Source of the DNA: Candidatus Rifleibacteriota bacterium | GTDB lineage: Bacteria; Vulcanimicrobiota; Xenobia; Xenobiales; Xenobiaceae | Direction: 5' to 3' | Assembly: GCA_900772775.1 (NCBI GenBank) | Contig: CAAGRW010000043.1 | Location: 62-64,061, forward strand | Length of the DNA: 64,000 bases | Part shown: positions 46,713 through 57,054 of the stretch, piece by piece | Layout of the letters: every line of letters starts with the position of its first letter | Position numbering within the stretch: the first letter of the stretch is position 1 | The notes under the pieces: model-generated | Told to the model about the DNA's origin: nothing | The model's input: only the letters and a program-made list of their open reading frames with translations | The model's database searches: none | Program-made: the position numbers and the translations under genes

Positions 46713-48584
46713 ATGGCAGGCAAGATTGTCGGTATTGACCTGGGTACGACCAACTCAGTAGTATCTATCGTTGAGGGTGGTCAACCTATTGTTATCCCCA
46801 GTGCAGAAGGGGATTATCTTTTCCCATCAGTAGTAGGTTTTTCCAAGACCGGCGAGCGCTTGGTCGGCTCTGTCGCTAAGCGTCAGGCTGTTTCTAACCC
46901 AGATCGCACGATTATTTCAATTAAGCGTTATATGGGCACCGATCATAAAACGATAATTGACGACAAGCAGTACAGCCCTCAAGAAATATCGGCCATGATT
47001 TTGCAAAAGATCAAAGCCGACGCCGAAGCTTATTTGGGCTTCCCCATTGAGCAAGCTGTCATTACGGTTCCGGCTTATTTCTCTGACTCAGAACGCCAGG
47101 CCACTAAAGATGCAGGTACTATTGCCGGTTTAGAAGTTTTGCGTATTATCAACGAGCCTACAGCTTCTTGTATGGCTTATGGTTTGACTAAAAATGACGA
47201 CGATTCTTCCGACAAAACCGAAACTGTTTTGGTATGGGACTTAGGCGGCGGAACGTTCGATGTTTCCATCGTAGAAATCGGCGGCGGCTTAGTAGAAGTA
47301 AAAGCTACGGCCGGTGACTCCCACTTAGGTGGTGACGACTGGGACCAGCGCATTATGGATTGGCTGGCTGAAGAGTTTAAGAACCAGAACAACATCGACT
47401 TGCGCACCGATCGTTTGGCTATGCAACGCTTAAAAGAAGCTTCCGAAAATGCCAAAATTAAGCTCTCCACCGATACAACTACCCGTATCAATTTGCCCTT
47501 TATCGCTGCTGACGCTACCGGCCCCAAACACCTTGACGTCGAACTCACCCGCGTGAAGTTCCAAGAGCTGACCGCCGATTTGGTAGCTAGATGCGAAGAA
47601 CCGGCCAAGAGAGCTTTGACCGACTCCGGTTTAGGCATCCATCAGATTAACAAAGTTTTGTTAGTCGGTGGTTCTACGCGTATGCCCGCCGTACAAGACA
47701 AAGTTCGTTCTCTCTTTAACAAAGAGCCTTCCCGCGAAATTGACCCGGACAAGGTTGTGGCTATGGGTGCAGCCATTCAGGGCGCTGTTTTAGCCGGCGA
47801 AGTAAAAGATATGGTTCTTTTGGACGTAACTTCGCTTTCTCTGGGTATTGAAACTGTAGGTGGCGTCTTCACTAAATTGATTGAGCGCAACTCTCATATC
47901 CCTTGCTCCAAAACCAGAATCTTTACTACAGCAGCCGATGGCCAAACGGTAGTAGAAGTGCATTGCTTGCAAGGCGAGCGCGAATTGGCAGCTCACAACA
48001 AGTCTTTGGGCCGCTTCGAATTGCGCAACATTCCTCCGGCTCCACGTGGTGTGCCTCAGATCGAAGTTACTTTCGACCTCGACGCCAACGGCATCGTCAA
48101 TGTCTCTGCCAAAGATTTGGCTACTGGCAACAAACAAAAGATTACTATTCAATCTCCGACCAATCTTTCTCGCGAAGAAATCGACCACATGGTCAAAGAA
48201 GCTGCCGTCTATGCTGAAGAAGACGGTCGCCGTCGTGAAGAATCTACTATTCGCAATAAGGCCAATATCGAAATCGATACTGCCGAACATACTATGCGCG
48301 ATTTGGGCGAGCGTATTACTCCCGAGCATCAGAGAGCTTTGCGCGACGCTATCGATCGTTTACGTATGTCTATGCAAGCTTTCGACTTACCCAAGATCTC
48401 TGCCGATACGAAAGCTTTATCCGATCAGCTCTTTAGTATCTCTACCGACGCCTACTATGCCCTGGAGACCGGCCGCGTAGGAGCCGAAGCCAAGAAGCCT
48501 GAAGAAACTTTGCAGGCAGAAGTTGAGGATGAACCCGCCGATGAAGATCTCTTCGGTTGGTTCGATAAAGAAGGATCTAAGTAA
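46713..48584 (+). CDS. dnaK: molecular chaperone DnaK (Hsp70)
   Basis: [16 protein letters not shown], and the full Hsp70 pattern. Confidence 0.95.
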   Translation: MAGKIVGIDLGTTNSVVSIVEGGQPIVIPSAEGDYLFPSVVGFSKTGERLVGSVAKRQAVSNPDRTIISIKRYMGTDHKTIIDDKQYSPQEISAMILQKIKADAEAYLGFPIEQAVITVPAYFSDSERQATKDAGTIAGLEVLRIINEPTASCMAYGLTKNDDDSSDKTETVLVWDLGGGTFDVSIVEIGGGLVEVKATAGDSHLGGDDWDQRIMDWLAEEFKNQNNIDLRTDRLAMQRLKEASENAKIKLSTDTTTRINLPFIAADATGPKHLDVELTRVKFQELTADLVARCEEPAKRALTDSGLGIHQINKVLLVGGSTRMPAVQDKVRSLFNKEPSREIDPDKVVAMGAAIQGAVLAGEVKDMVLLDVTSLSLGIETVGGVFTKLIERNSHIPCSKTRIFTTAADGQTVVEVHCLQGERELAAHNKSLGRFELRNIPPAPRGVPQIEVTFDLDANGIVNVSAKDLATGNKQKITIQSPTNLSREEIDHMVKEAAVYAEEDGRRREESTIRNKANIEIDTAEHTMRDLGERITPEHQRALRDAIDRLRMSMQAFDLPKISADTKALSDQLFSISTDAYYALETGRVGAEAKKPEETLQAEVEDEPADEDLFGWFDKEGSK

Positions 48585-48696
48585 AACAGAAGACGGCAGC
48601 TTTCGGGCTGCCGCAGTGCATAACGTCGGCGTCGAGGGCATTTTTCTTTTGCAATATACCTTCGAGTCGGCGTTTTTTTGAGGAGTACCATATTTT

Positions 48697-49839
48697 ATGG
48701 CAACAAGCATCGACTATTACGAAGTATTGAACGTTTCTCGCAATGCTTCCGACCAAGAAATAAAACAAGCCTACCGCCGTTTGGTACGCAAATATCATCC
48801 TGACGTAGCCGAAGATAAAGAAAAAGCTCAGGAGGAAATGATCAAGGTCAATGAAGCCTATGGCATTTTGTCCGATCCTGACAAACGCGCTTATTATGAT
48901 AATTATGGAGAAGCTCCGGGAGCTTCCTCGGCTCGCGGAGGAGGGGGAGGCTTCGGTGGCTTTGGAGGTTTTGGCGGTTTCGGCGGCTTAGGCGACATTT
49001 TTGAAAGCTTTATGAATATGGGCGGCGGCCGTGACGATCGTCAACCCAGAAGAGGACGCGATATACGGTTAGGCGTCAAAATCAGTTTGCAAGAAGCCTA
49101 TACCGGTTGCAAACGCGATATAGAATTTACCGTTCATGAAACTTGTTTAACTTGCCGTGGTAAACTGACCACCGAGCCGGATGGTATAGAGGTCTGTCCT
49201 ACTTGTCACGGCGCCGGTCGGGTGCAAAAACAAATAAACATCGGTTTTGGTACTGTGGCTCAAGTAGTAGAGTGTCCTAATTGTGGCGGTTTAGGCAAAA
49301 AAGTTAAGAAACCGTGTCCAGAGTGCAAAGGCACCGGCTTGGTGGAAAATAAAAAACATGTTGAAATTGATATCCCAGCTGGCATAGACACCGGAAACGG
49401 TTTGCGTGTGCCCGAATGTGGAGAACCAGGCACTAATGGCGGCCCCAGAGGCAGCGTAATAGTCATGGTTGAAGTAGAGGACGATCCTCGTTTTATTCGT
49501 GAAGGGGCCGATTTAATTTACAAAAAAGACATTACCTTTACGGAAGCAGCCCTGGGCGACAATGTTGATATCGAACAAGTTGTCGGCAAATCGGAAAAAT
49601 TGGCTATACCTCCGGGCACGCAGAGTGGCTCCACTTTCAGAATCCGTGGTCGCGGTATGCCCGAATTTGGAGGCAGTCACTTCGGCGATTTGCATGTAGT
49701 AGTTCAGGTAATTGTGCCTACTAAACTTAACGACAAACAAAAACAGCTTCTGCAAGAGTTCGCTCAAGCCGGCCCTCAAGAAGCCAAAGAACCCACTAAA
49801 GGATTTTTTAGGAGGATCCATGATGCAATCTTCGGCTAG
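48697..49839 (+). CDS. dnaJ: molecular chaperone DnaJ (J domain, G/F region, 4x CxxCxGxG zinc finger, C-terminal domain)
   Basis: HPD motif (YHPD), GGFGGFGG, CLTCRG/CPTCHGAG/CPNCGG/CPECKG. Confidence 0.95.
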   Translation: MATSIDYYEVLNVSRNASDQEIKQAYRRLVRKYHPDVAEDKEKAQEEMIKVNEAYGILSDPDKRAYYDNYGEAPGASSARGGGGGFGGFGGFGGFGGLGDIFESFMNMGGGRDDRQPRRGRDIRLGVKISLQEAYTGCKRDIEFTVHETCLTCRGKLTTEPDGIEVCPTCHGAGRVQKQINIGFGTVAQVVECPNCGGLGKKVKKPCPECKGTGLVENKKHVEIDIPAGIDTGNGLRVPECGEPGTNGGPRGSVIVMVEVEDDPRFIREGADLIYKKDITFTEAALGDNVDIEQVVGKSEKLAIPPGTQSGSTFRIRGRGMPEFGGSHFGDLHVVVQVIVPTKLNDKQKQLLQEFAQAGPQEAKEPTKGFFRRIHDAIFG

Positions 49840-50701
49840 CCTGCGCGGCCTTACTTGGCAGGAATTAGAAATAACTGGCAATCCCGATATCGCTTGTGAA
49901 CTCGACGCCTTCCTTACTTCGTGTCAACTGGGTGGCTGGGTAGTAGAAGCAGAAGAGCCCCAACTCTGTTGGGTAGTTTATTTACCTTGTACCGGCAATT
50001 GGGAAGAGCGCTTTAGTAAAATACTCAATGGCGTTCGCGAATTGGGTGGCGATTGCCAGTTCCGTAAAAATATTGTAGACGAAGATTGGGCCAACTGCTG
50101 GAAGCAATTCTATCATCCTATGCGCTTTGGACAGCATATTGTTGTCTGCCCCTCCTGGGAAGAATTTAAGCCCGAAGCTGGCGATAAAGTGATCACTTTG
50201 GATCCCGGTATGGCTTTTGGCACCGGCGCTCACGCCAGCACAGCTATGTGCTTAGAAATGCTGGAACGCGTCTATGCTAAAAATGTGCCGGATCGTATCC
50301 TTGATGTCGGTACCGGTTCTGGCATTTTGGCTATTGCCGCTCGCCTTTTGGGTAGTCGCATTATTGTCGCTTCCGATAGCGATCCTGTAGCTGTCAAAGC
50401 TGCTCGTGAAAACTTTGTGGCTAACCATTTAACTGAAGATTGCGATCTGTTTGAATATGTCGGCGTACCTTTGGAAAAAGGACGTTTCCCTTTGGTTTGC
50501 GCCAATTTAGTGGCTTCCTTGCTCTGTCGTTTAGCGGCCGATTTGGTAAAAGCTACTTTGCCAGGCGGGCAATTGGTCTTGAGTGGTATAGTTCAGGAGC
50601 GAGCTGACGAAGTTATTGAGGCTTTTGCCGACGAAGGCGCCGAAGTTGTTGATCGTATCGATAAAGATGACTGGGTATGTCTCTTAGTGCAAGCAAAGTA
50701 G
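49820..50701 (+). CDS. prmA: ribosomal protein L11 methyltransferase PrmA (the ORF track extends to 49712, overlapping the dnaJ 3' end)
   Basis: ITLDPGMAFGTGAHASTAMCLE...ILDVGTGSGILAIAA. GGAGG lies 4-7 nt upstream of ATGATG at 49820. Confidence 0.8.
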   Translation: MMQSSASLRGLTWQELEITGNPDIACELDAFLTSCQLGGWVVEAEEPQLCWVVYLPCTGNWEERFSKILNGVRELGGDCQFRKNIVDEDWANCWKQFYHPMRFGQHIVVCPSWEEFKPEAGDKVITLDPGMAFGTGAHASTAMCLEMLERVYAKNVPDRILDVGTGSGILAIAARLLGSRIIVASDSDPVAVKAARENFVANHLTEDCDLFEYVGVPLEKGRFPLVCANLVASLLCRLAADLVKATLPGGQLVLSGIVQERADEVIEAFADEGAEVVDRIDKDDWVCLLVQAK

Positions 50702-50711
50702 AGTAAACGAT

Positions 50712-51419
50712 ATGCGCATAACTAGAGTTTTTTCTCCGCAAAAATTGAGCGTAAACTCATCTTTCGCTCTGGACAGCGATACAGGTAAGCATCTGACTCG
50801 AGTTATGCGCTTGCGCATAGGACAGGAATTTGCAGCTTTTGACAACTCCGGCGCTGAGTTCTCCTGTAGGCTTACCGAAATTGCCCGCAATGGCTCAATT
50901 AAAGCTGAGGTTCTGTCGGCTTCTTATCCCGATGTAGAATTGTCCTGTCGCTTACGTATTTGTCTTTCTATAGTTAAAGGTGAACGCTTTGATTGGGCTG
51001 TAGAAAAGCTGACCGAACTTGGAGTGGCTGAAATTGTGCCTATCCAAACTGAATTTACGCAAGTAATAGCTCCAGCAGACAATAAGCGTGAGCGCTGGCA
51101 ACGTCTGGCCGCTGGAGCCGCCGGTCAAAGTGGACGTGTCATAGTGCCGGAGATAGTTGCTCCAATGGGTTTTGCCGAAGCTTTAGCCAAATATGCTGCT
51201 GAAGAAACGTGCATTATGTTTAATTGTGGGGCTGAGTCTTTCGATCTTAAAGGTGAAGCTCTTTCGGCTTGTACAGTATTTATTGGCCCTGAAGGTGGCT
51301 TCTCTCCAGCTGAATTGCAAGAAGCTGAAGCTTGTGGTTGTCGCTTTTACAGCTTAGGCAAACGTATTTTGCGTGTAGAAACGGCGGCTCTAGCGGCTGC
51401 TTCACGCTTTGCTGTATAA
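50712..51419 (+). CDS. rsmE: 16S rRNA (uracil1498-N3)-methyltransferase RsmE
   Basis: RsmE length and the C-terminal SPOUT pattern (IGPEGGFSPAEL...). Confidence 0.75.
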   Translation: MRITRVFSPQKLSVNSSFALDSDTGKHLTRVMRLRIGQEFAAFDNSGAEFSCRLTEIARNGSIKAEVLSASYPDVELSCRLRICLSIVKGERFDWAVEKLTELGVAEIVPIQTEFTQVIAPADNKRERWQRLAAGAAGQSGRVIVPEIVAPMGFAEALAKYAAEETCIMFNCGAESFDLKGEALSACTVFIGPEGGFSPAELQEAEACGCRFYSLGKRILRVETAALAAASRFAV

Positions 51420-51488
51420 TTTTTTTGTAAAAAGTTCGGTCAGCTCTTGACATGAGCGATTCTGATCGATAAAATACCTTTGTCCCGA

Positions 51489-51565
51489 GGGCGAATAGCT
51501 CAGTTGGCTAGAGCACCTGCGTCACATGCAGGGGGTCACAGGTTCGAGTCCTGTTCCGCCCACCA
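51489..51565 (+). tRNA. tRNA-Val (anticodon CAC)
   Basis: Cloverleaf by eye: D-stem GCTC/GAGC, anticodon stem CCTGC/GCAGG with loop GTCACAT, T-arm ACAGG-TTCGAGT-CCTGT, 3' CCA encoded. Confidence 0.7.
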
Positions 51566-51604
51566 TTATGTGAGGGACTAAGGCAAAAGAAGAATATGCG
51601 GTAT

Positions 51605-51681
51605 GGGGGAGTGGCCTAGAGGCTTAGGGCGCTGGCCTGTCACGCCGGAGGTCGCGGGTTCGAATCCCGTCTCTCCCGCCA
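51605..51681 (+). tRNA. tRNA-Asp (anticodon GTC), copy 1
   Basis: Acceptor GGGGGAG/CTCTCCC, anticodon stem CTGGC/GCCGG with loop CTGTCAC, T-loop TTCGAAT, GCCA end. Confidence 0.75.
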
Positions 51682-51702
51682 AATATCTTCTTCTTTTTGT
51701 CT

Positions 51703-51778
51703 GCCGGGGTAGCTCAGTTGGTAGAGCATGCGACTGAAAATTGCAGTGTCCCCAGTCCGAATCTGGGCCTCGGCACCA
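51703..51778 (+). tRNA. tRNA-Phe (anticodon GAA)
   Basis: GCCGGGGTAGCTCAGTTGGTAGAGC...ACTGAAAAT...TTCGAATC...CACCA. Classic Phe tRNA. Confidence 0.8.
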
Positions 51779-51820
51779 CCAAAATGGGCGCAAGCTTGTT
51801 TTGAAAGAACGCAGCGGTAT

Positions 51821-51897
51821 GGGGGAGTGGCCTAGAGGCTTAGGGCGCTGGCCTGTCACGCCGGAGGTCGCGGGTTCGAATCCCGTCTCTCCCGCCA
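51821..51897 (+). tRNA. tRNA-Asp (anticodon GTC), copy 2 (identical to copy 1, including 7 nt of 5' flank)
   Basis: Exact repeat of 51598-51681. Confidence 0.75.
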
Positions 51898-51904
51898 AGT
51901 ATAT

Positions 51905-51950
51905 ATGCGAATAAAGAACGCTTAGCATTCGTGCTGGGCGTTTTTTTTAT
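51905..51950 (+). terminator. rho-independent terminator after the tRNA cluster
   Basis: acgcttagcattcgtgctgggcg followed by a T8 run. Confidence 0.5.
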
Positions 51951-52085
51951 TTTTATATTTTTGTCTACCTGACTGCTTGGGGTTAATTGTGTTCTTAGGC
52001 AGGAAGCCTCTTTTTAAGCAAAGAAGGGGAAGGGGTTGTTTTTGCTAATTGATAAGATTAGTAACTAATCGGAGGAATGTTTAAC

Positions 52086-52457
52086 GTGACTTTATCGAGT
52101 GGACTCAGACAGATAACCGAACACACGCCGGTTATTGCAGTAATACGTCACATCCTTAAGAAGCAGGAAGCTCCCATTACAGTGCGCGATCTCACTGCTC
52201 AGGTAATAGATGCTTGGGGACGCGATTTCCCTCAGAATCCCTATGTAGACTACTGCTTAGTTTATAAATTAGCCGTCGGTATCTTAAACTGTCAGGAGAA
52301 ATACGATAATTTGCCTAACGGAGCTCCGATTTTCTTAGAGCGCGAGCAAGCTGACAGCGATCCTATCATGGTCAATCCTCGTATGAATAGCATTATTCTT
52401 AATGAAATTGCCGATGATTTAGCCGACATTATGCTTGTCTACAAGGAGCGCTTCTAG
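52086..52457 (+). CDS. hypothetical protein (the GTG start is preferred over the ATG at 52077 because the SD GGAGGA at 52071-52076 is only 1 nt from that ATG)
   Basis: No recognisable motifs. It is preceded by a perfect 15-bp palindrome and lies upstream of recA. Confidence 0.4.
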   Translation: MTLSSGLRQITEHTPVIAVIRHILKKQEAPITVRDLTAQVIDAWGRDFPQNPYVDYCLVYKLAVGILNCQEKYDNLPNGAPIFLEREQADSDPIMVNPRMNSIILNEIADDLADIMLVYKERF

Positions 52458-52550
52458 TCAATAGGACTTCTCTCTGGTTCTTAAATTGTTCCATTTTTTG
52501 GGATAATTGAAATTGGGGGGATTATAAAAAATATACGGAGGGGTCTTTAT

Positions 52551-53579
52551 ATGGATAAATTAAAAGCTTTAGATGCTGCTGTAGGGCAGATCGAAAAAGC
52601 CTTCGGCAAGGGCTCAATTATGAAATTGGGCGAAGCTGGCAATCGTTTCGAAGTGCCGGTTATTCCTACCGGAGCCATGTCCTTAGACTTAGCTTTGGGC
52701 ATTGGTGGCGTTCCTCGCGGTCGTGTTTGTGAAATTTACGGCCCGGAATCTTCTGGTAAGACTACTTTGGCCTTGCAAATTATTGCCGAAGCTCAGCGCA
52801 GCGGCGGCGTGGCGGCCTTTATCGATGTCGAACATGCCTTAGATCCGGTTTATGCTCATAATTTGGGTGTAAATACCGACGAGCTCTATGTCTCTCAGCC
52901 CGATACCGGCGAGCAAGGCTTAGAGATTGTTGAAATGTTGGTCAGATCCAACGCTGTCGATGTTGTAGTGGTAGACTCTATCGCTGCTATGGTTCCCAAA
53001 GCTGAAATTGAGGGCGATATGGGCGATTCTCATATGGGATTGCAAGCTCGTCTCATGTCTCAAGCTTTGCGCAAATTGACGGCGGTTATTTCCAAATCTC
53101 GCACTGCGGTTATCTTTATTAACCAAATTCGCGAAAAGATCGGCGTTATGTTTGGCAATCCCGAGACGACTCCCGGCGGCAGAGCTATGAAGTTCTATGC
53201 TTCTGTGCGCATGGACGTTCGCAAAGGCGATGCTATCAAGTCTGGTTCAGACAATGTCGGTCACAGAGTCAAAGTCAAGATTGTTAAGAACAAGTTGGCT
53301 CCGCCCTTTAAGACTGCCGAGTTTGATATTCTGTTCGGTCGTGGCATCTCTCGCGAGGGAAGCTTAATCGATGTCGGTACAGAAAAAGGCGTTATTCAAA
53401 AAGCTGGCGCCTACTACTCTTTTGGCGATATTCGTTTAGGCCAGGGGCGTGACAATGCTCGTGCCTATTTAGAGCAAAACCCTGATTTGGCTGATGAAAT
53501 TGACGATCAAATAAGAGAAAAGCTTTTAGCTGATCGTGCTCCTGCTGAAGAAGCTTCTGCCGACGAGGATAAAGCTTAA
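52551..53579 (+). CDS. recA: recombinase RecA
   Basis: GPESSGKTT Walker A and the full RecA pattern. Confidence 0.95.
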   Translation: MDKLKALDAAVGQIEKAFGKGSIMKLGEAGNRFEVPVIPTGAMSLDLALGIGGVPRGRVCEIYGPESSGKTTLALQIIAEAQRSGGVAAFIDVEHALDPVYAHNLGVNTDELYVSQPDTGEQGLEIVEMLVRSNAVDVVVVDSIAAMVPKAEIEGDMGDSHMGLQARLMSQALRKLTAVISKSRTAVIFINQIREKIGVMFGNPETTPGGRAMKFYASVRMDVRKGDAIKSGSDNVGHRVKVKIVKNKLAPPFKTAEFDILFGRGISREGSLIDVGTEKGVIQKAGAYYSFGDIRLGQGRDNARAYLEQNPDLADEIDDQIREKLLADRAPAEEASADEDKA

Positions 53580-53581
53580 GC

Positions 53582-54055
53582 GTGAGCTCTTCTGACGCTG
53601 ACGAACGCGCTTTTCTCGAGCGGGCTTTGCATATGCTCTCTCTGCGAGATCACTCTTGCCAAGAACTAAAGCAAAAGTTAGTCTCGAAGGGATGCCCGCT
53701 CGAAGTAGCACAGCGCATTATTGAGCGCTGTTTAGGATGGAAATATCTTGATGATGAGCGTTATGCAGAGCGCTTTGTCAAGAGTAAAGCTTTGGGGGGC
53801 TGGGGCAGCAGGCGCATTTATGGCGAATTGCTTCGGCGTGGTGTGGAAGCTGAAGTTGCTCGTCTGGCTTGTGCCTCTATTCAAGAAGATGGAGAAAGCG
53901 AGTTGGCTTCGGCTCTGGAATTGGCTGCCAAAAAAGCTGCTTGTGGTCGCAGTTATGCGGCAATTTGCCGCTTTTTGGCTTCCCGCGGTTTCCCTGTCGA
54001 AATAGTATTGAAGGCCGCCTCTCAAGTTTCTAAACAGGAACTATCAGAAGAGTAA
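53582..54055 (+). CDS. recX: RecA regulator RecX
   Basis: It lies 2 bp after recA. Three-helix-repeat RecX pattern (LSLRDHSCQELKQKL...). Confidence 0.8.
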   Translation: MSSSDADERAFLERALHMLSLRDHSCQELKQKLVSKGCPLEVAQRIIERCLGWKYLDDERYAERFVKSKALGGWGSRRIYGELLRRGVEAEVARLACASIQEDGESELASALELAAKKAACGRSYAAICRFLASRGFPVEIVLKAASQVSKQELSEE

Positions 54056-54282
54056 GGGGCTGTTGATACTTTTTTAGATACTGAGAAGTCGGCTCTTGAG
54101 AGGAGGGGAGGGGCCGACCTCTTTTTTTTCTTGCCAGAGCATATTTGCTTAAAGAACGCCTTGGAGGCGTTTTGCCATGTTCACGTAGGTTATTTTTGGT
54201 TTTATCAGATTGTTCGGAAAGTGTCTTTTTAGTGGCACTATCAATTCTGCGGGCAATCATAGAGAAGGAAGTTATATTTGTT

Positions 54283-55875
54283 ATGCCGGCTATGTTAACC
54301 GTTTTAGATCAACTAATGGTTATTGTGGCTAGTTTACTGTTTTTGGCTGTTGGATGGGCAATTGGAGTTAGAATAGAGATCCGCAGACAGCAAGCGGCAA
54401 AGTTAGCGGCTGATGATATTAGAGCAGAGGCGGAAAACTACGCCGACTCTGTCAAAAAAGAGCGTATTCAAGAAGCTTCGGATACTATCGAAAAAATGCG
54501 AACCGAAGCTAAGCGTGAAGCTGACGAAAATCGTCTGGCTCAGCAAAGGATTAAAGAAGAACTTGATAAGCGTGAAAGCAACTTAGAAGCCAAAGAACGT
54601 CAGCTTATCGAGCGTGAACGCATGTTGGCTAATCAACAGGGCCATCTAGATTCTAAAGAGGAGCGTTTGTCTGCTTTAGAATCGGAACTTACTAGTCGCA
54701 ACCAAGCTTTGAGTGAAGGGGAGACTGCTTTGCAAGCTTCGTTGGAGCGTCAAGCCGGTATGACTGGTGAAGAAGCCAAAGTAGCTCTTTTTGAAAAAAT
54801 TGAGAACGAAAATCGCTTAGCTTTAGCCCGTCGCGTACGTCAGGCCGAAGTGGTTGCCAAAGAAGATGCCGCCCGCAAGGCCAGGCGCATTATCACTTTG
54901 GCTATCCAAAAATATGCTTCTGAGCAAGTTGTCGAGTCAACCATCAATGTAGTAAATCTTCCTTCGGAAGAGATGAAAGGGCGCATTATTGGTCGCGAAG
55001 GGCGCAACATTCGCTTAATTGAAAACTTGACCGGCGTCGATCTCATAGTCGATGATACTCCGGAAACTGTATTGCTCTCTTGCTTCGATCCAGTTAGACG
55101 TGAGCTTTCTCGCCGAGCTGTAGAAAAGTTAGTTGCCGATGGGCGTATTCGTCCCACCAAAATTGAAGAAGTTGTGGCCGCTTCGAAGAGTGAGCTTGAT
55201 GAAATGATCACCAATGCTGGCGACAAAGCTGCTTTGGAAGCTGGCGTTATCGGACTCGATCCTGAGCTTATTCGTATGTTAGGCCGCTTAAGCTTCCGCA
55301 CTTCTTATGGCCAAAATATGCTGAAGCATTCTTTAGAAGTGAGCTTTTTGGCTGCTCAAATGGCCGCCGAATTGGGCGCCGATGTGCAAGTTGCTACTAG
55401 GGCTGGCTTGCTGCACGATATAGGCAAGGCTGTGACCGGCACTATGGAAGGGCCTCACGCTATTGTAGGCGGCCGTTATTGTGAAAAATATGGCGAAAGT
55501 CCACAAGTAGTGCATTGTGTAGAAGCTCACCATGAAGATGTAGAGCAAAAAACTATTGAGGCTATGTTAGTGCAAGCCGCCGACGCTATTTCGGCTGCTC
55601 GTCCTGGAGCTAGACGCGAAAATGTAGAAGAGTACATTAAGCGTTTGGAAAATATCGAGAAGATTGGTCACAGTTTTGAAGGCGTCGATCAAGTTTATGC
55701 TGTGCAAGCTGGCCGAGAAGTGCGCGTCTTTGTCAATCCTAGTGTAGTTGACGATCTGGAAGCGGCTCGCTTAGCCAACAAAATTGCTGCCCGCATAGAC
55801 GAAGAAATTAAGTCGCCCGGCATGGTTTTGGTAACAGTGGTGCGTGAAAGTCGCCATCAAGCCAAAGTGCCTTAA
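54283..55875 (+). CDS. rny: ribonuclease Y (the ORF track extends to 54145)
   Basis: N-terminal TM, coiled coil, KH (GRIIGREGRNIR) and HD (LLHDIGK) domains. Confidence 0.85.
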   Translation: MPAMLTVLDQLMVIVASLLFLAVGWAIGVRIEIRRQQAAKLAADDIRAEAENYADSVKKERIQEASDTIEKMRTEAKREADENRLAQQRIKEELDKRESNLEAKERQLIERERMLANQQGHLDSKEERLSALESELTSRNQALSEGETALQASLERQAGMTGEEAKVALFEKIENENRLALARRVRQAEVVAKEDAARKARRIITLAIQKYASEQVVESTINVVNLPSEEMKGRIIGREGRNIRLIENLTGVDLIVDDTPETVLLSCFDPVRRELSRRAVEKLVADGRIRPTKIEEVVAASKSELDEMITNAGDKAALEAGVIGLDPELIRMLGRLSFRTSYGQNMLKHSLEVSFLAAQMAAELGADVQVATRAGLLHDIGKAVTGTMEGPHAIVGGRYCEKYGESPQVVHCVEAHHEDVEQKTIEAMLVQAADAISAARPGARRENVEEYIKRLENIEKIGHSFEGVDQVYAVQAGREVRVFVNPSVVDDLEAARLANKIAARIDEEIKSPGMVLVTVVRESRHQAKVP

Positions 55876-55932
55876 ATCGCCCTTTTGATAGGGGTGTGGG
55901 CAAAACCTAGACAAGGAGCCAAGTTTACGCAT

Positions 55933-57051
55933 ATGAGACGGATTTACACTTTTTTCTTAACTTTGTGTTTATTGTTAAGTTGCTCTGGCGTGGGTTTTGC
56001 CCAGCATGTTAGCGCGGTGCAAGAATATCAGCAAGCTCGCACTTATGCTTCCGGTAAGCATTGGAAAGAGGCGCTGCCTTTTTTGGAGCGAGCTTTAAAA
56101 ATCGATCCTGGCTATGCCGATGCCCTTTACATGAAAGCTATTTGCCATATGTCTTTGGAAGAATATGACAAAGCTGTGCCTCTTTTAAAGCGGCTTACCG
56201 GTTTGCGCCCCGAATTTGTCAACGGTTGGGGCTTGCTCAGCCAGTGCTATGTCCAATTAAATCAGCTTGACAACGCCAAAAATGCTATTGGCGAACTTAG
56301 TAAAGCGCCGGGCGGCGGGCCTGAGTCTCGTTATATGTCCGGTGTACTTTGTTGGATCAAGGGCGATTTAACCAAAGCCGAATCGGAGTGGCTCGAAGCT
56401 ATTCGCCTGCGCCCAGAAATGGCTAAAGCTCACTACAATTTGGGTATGCTTTATCGCTTAAAAGGCGACCGAGTGCGAGCTTCTTCCTTCCTTAACGATG
56501 CTGTGCGCCACAATCCCGATAATCCCAACTATCGCTTGGGCTTGGGCATTTTGCAATATGAAATGGGCCATAAAGTAAATGGTGCTGGCAATTTAGATAA
56601 AGTGCGTGCCCAAATGGAGCGCACCGATTTGTCCGCCTTGGCTTTAGCTTACCAAATGTATGTTAATAAGCGCTATGAAGCAGCCGAAAAAGCAGCGGCC
56701 CGAGCTTATAAAGAAAACGGCGAACTTACCGAAGCTTACCTTCTGCGCGGCAAATGTTTACTTGAGCTTGGCCAAGATAAAGAAGCCAAAGAAATGTTCC
56801 TTAAAGTAAGCAAAATGGATAAAAACATTAAGGAAGCCAAGCAAGCCTTAGATAAAATTGCCGCCAAAGAAAAGGCTGCCCGGGAGAAGGCTGAGCGTGA
56901 AAAAGCCGAGGCTGAAGCTAAAGCCAAAGCTGCAGCCGCTGAACAAGGAGAAGCGGCCGCGCCCGCAGCTGAACCTACCCAAGGCGCGGCTAACGAAAGC
57001 AAGGAAGTTAAGGCCGGATCCGGAGCCAAACCGGAGCAAAAAGTCTTTTAA
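55933..57051 (+). CDS. secreted tetratricopeptide-repeat protein with a Lys/Ala/Glu-rich C-terminal tail (the ORF track starts at 55885)
   Basis: Signal peptide MRRIYTFFLTLCLLLSCSGVGFA. Multiple TPR-like repeats. C-terminus KAAREKAEREKAEAEAKAKAAAA. Confidence 0.55.
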   Translation: MRRIYTFFLTLCLLLSCSGVGFAQHVSAVQEYQQARTYASGKHWKEALPFLERALKIDPGYADALYMKAICHMSLEEYDKAVPLLKRLTGLRPEFVNGWGLLSQCYVQLNQLDNAKNAIGELSKAPGGGPESRYMSGVLCWIKGDLTKAESEWLEAIRLRPEMAKAHYNLGMLYRLKGDRVRASSFLNDAVRHNPDNPNYRLGLGILQYEMGHKVNGAGNLDKVRAQMERTDLSALALAYQMYVNKRYEAAEKAAARAYKENGELTEAYLLRGKCLLELGQDKEAKEMFLKVSKMDKNIKEAKQALDKIAAKEKAAREKAEREKAEAEAKAKAAAAEQGEAAAPAAEPTQGAANESKEVKAGSGAKPEQKVF

Positions 57052-57054
57052 ATT

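Noticed and set aside
47177-48329. Several 100-180-aa ORFs on the minus strand and in alternate plus frames inside dnaK
   Set aside because: They are antisense or shadow frames of a highly conserved gene. The same reasoning applies to the minor ORFs inside copA, gspD, sufB/D, pgpH and glyA.
51578-51928. 116-aa minus-strand ORF in the track
   Set aside because: It lies entirely over the tRNA-Asp/Phe/Asp genes and their spacers. It is an artefact of the GC-rich tRNA sequence.
52458-52550. LexA/Cheo SOS box upstream of recA
   Set aside because: Only a direct GTTC...GTTC repeat (GGTTCTTAAATTGTTCC) was found. There is no CTGT-N8-ACAG and no GAAC-N4-GTTC palindrome.
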